A stretch of DNA of 63,725 nucleotides, the filler included, from Octopus bimaculoides (Eukaryota): assembly GCF_001194135.2 (NCBI RefSeq). It is 7 parts of 7 records of this genome, joined end to end, with 100 filler letters (N's around TTAATTAATTAA, not from the genome) between each part and the next. Parts side by side here need not be neighbours in the genome. Positions count along the whole stretch, not along the records: positions 46,120 to 63,725 come from NC_068985.1; 6 more parts are not named here. One strand, 5' to 3'. Of the stretch, positions 62,136-63,725 are shown piece after piece (the stretch's first letter is position 1; every line of letters starts with the position of its first letter). The position numbers and the translations under genes are program-made. The notes below the pieces were generated by a model. It saw nothing but the letters and a program-made list of their open reading frames with translations. It was not told the DNA's origin and ran no database searches.

Positions 62136-63600
62136 TGTTAATATTCATCCTGCTACTACTATTGTATGTGTTATTTTCATATCCGGTATTATCTCTCCAT
62201 CCTTCAATTGTAGTATCATTCACATTCATCCCACCATCATCACGCGTATCAGTAGTCCCTATGCTAGTATGGACCTCAGAGCTATAGCTGTATTGCATGT
62301 ATTAAAAGCATTTGTACCGCTGTTTCTATTTTTTTTAGTCGTCACCATTGATATTATTATTCACATTGTAGGGGGTTACGTTAGTGTCGACATTAACATT
62401 ATTATTGTTACCACATCTTGCTAATTTAATATTCGACATAACTACAGAGCTGTACCCCCCAGACTTTGGAAGGTCATAACTTTCAGAAAAATGAATATTT
62501 TTTTAATGAAATTTTCTATGCATATTGTATTTATTATATAGATTCCGAATATACAAAAATTTCCGGTGAAAGTGTTTTGGAATAGGGGTGGTGGACAATT
62601 TTCGGAAATTCCAACAGAGTTCACTTAAATTCTTCTTAACTTCCAGGAAAATTAATATTTTTTCGTGAAATTTTCTACAAATATACCTTGATGTATGTAC
62701 ATTTCGAGCATGTAGAAATTTTGAAGGAAACAACTGCAGGTTATTTTTGAGAAGCGTTCCCCACTTGGTGGTGTTTCGGAGCAAGTCGTCCATATTTGTT
62801 TNNNNNNNNNNATAAGAAAACTTACGTTAAAAATAACATGCACACGATTTTTTTTTCTCAATAGAAGTAAATTCCAAAGTAAACGTTTCTAGTAGAGAAG
62901 TAGAAGAGAACAGAAGCAGCGTATTACTTCATTACAAACCTACGGATGCACATACGCACATAATAGAGAAAAATGAAACAATTATGGACGACTTGCTCCG
63001 AAACACCACCGAGTGGGGAACACTTCTCAAAAATAACCTGCAGTTGTTTCCTTCAAAATTCCTACATACTCGAAATGTACATACATCAAGGTATATTTGT
63101 AGAAAATTTCACGAAAAAATATTCATTTTCCTGGAAGTTAAGAAGAATTTAAGTGGACTCTGTAGTTATGCCTAATATTCTTCTATTTAACCTTGTTATG
63201 ATGGGACCCATATTAGGGAGAGTAGACTATGAGATTCTAACTGTCTTCTGGAGAAAAATTATGTTGTATCAATGGGAAACAGGAAAGTTTTTTCTAAAAT
63301 TGTCATAAATTTTCTATATATGTTTATGGATATAACACAGTTGTAGGGAACGTTATACCAGATCAAGTCCTTATTTTCATACTTACGGCGCATATAATGT
63401 CGGAGTCTACCTGTTCTCTCAACGTCTTTCAAAATCGTGGCTTGATTATTAGGTATGTCTCTATTACCAGTATATTTCTTATCCTTATAGGATAGAGCAA
63501 CCTGTCCATTCTCTTTACCTCACTTATTATCTAATCTAAAATTCCTACTTGTTATAGCATCTACTTTTCTGTTGTTGCTTTTTTTTTTTAAATTGATGGG
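61500..63600 (-). mobile_element. Penelope-like element (RT tail, Asn-rich linker, GIY-YIG), interrupted at 62435-63172
   Basis: LIWYNVPYN (WFNPPY-like), then HNKVK-KNIKLARCGNNNN..., then CNCRVKFHCPLLSRCLTQNVIYKCTITT..FVYIG and KAQPYRDNRYGCEL...LVNNILDLRVSCIH. Confidence 0.75.
62435..63172. mobile_element. Foldback / long-TIR non-autonomous DNA transposon with 8-bp TSD TAATATTC
   Basis: Ends gacataactacagag...ctctgtagttatgcc; arms 62435-62801 and 62976-63172 are reverse complements apart from one block; TSD at 62427-62434 and 63173-63180. Confidence 0.85.
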
Positions 63601-63691
63601 TTTACTGGATGCTTTTCTAGTTGGTATGTTTTTCCGACCAAGTAAGTTTGTAATCTCTCTATCACTTAAAATCTCATTACATTCACTATAA

Positions 63692-63725
<34 letters not shown>

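Overview
This is AT-rich, repeat-dense animal genomic DNA with many assembly gaps. The SINE, RTE and Penelope repeat content and microsatellite load suggest a coleoid cephalopod such as Octopus (inference). Two host genes are visible only as split exons. (1) A divergent Rheb-like small GTPase on the minus strand has six GT-AG coding exons of 72, 68, 83, 57, 48 and 82 nt between 527 and 15285; these sizes match the RHEB exon 2-7 pattern, and the first and last coding exons were not found. (2) A fatty-acid transport protein / very-long-chain acyl-CoA synthetase (SLC27A/FATP) on the plus strand has two exons, one ending in the YIYTSGTT-G AMP-binding motif. Almost everything else is decayed mobile DNA: Penelope-like elements, RTE and BovB-like LINEs, Hero and CRE restriction-endonuclease-type retrotransposons, mariner/Tc1/maT/Chapaev-like DNA transposons, MITEs, several SINE families and microsatellites. 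The main leads are: a structurally complete type I hammerhead ribozyme inside a ~315-bp inverted Penelope terminal repeat; a second Penelope family whose hammerhead-like motif has a non-canonical CUGUNGAA core in three copies; an exact inverted U6 snRNA 3' fragment fused to the 5' end of a CRE retrotransposon with a candidate 12-bp target duplication; and a foldback element with GG-type ends and an 8-bp TSD inserted in a Penelope ORF with an Asn-rich linker. Family assignments come from recalled motifs; no database searches were run.
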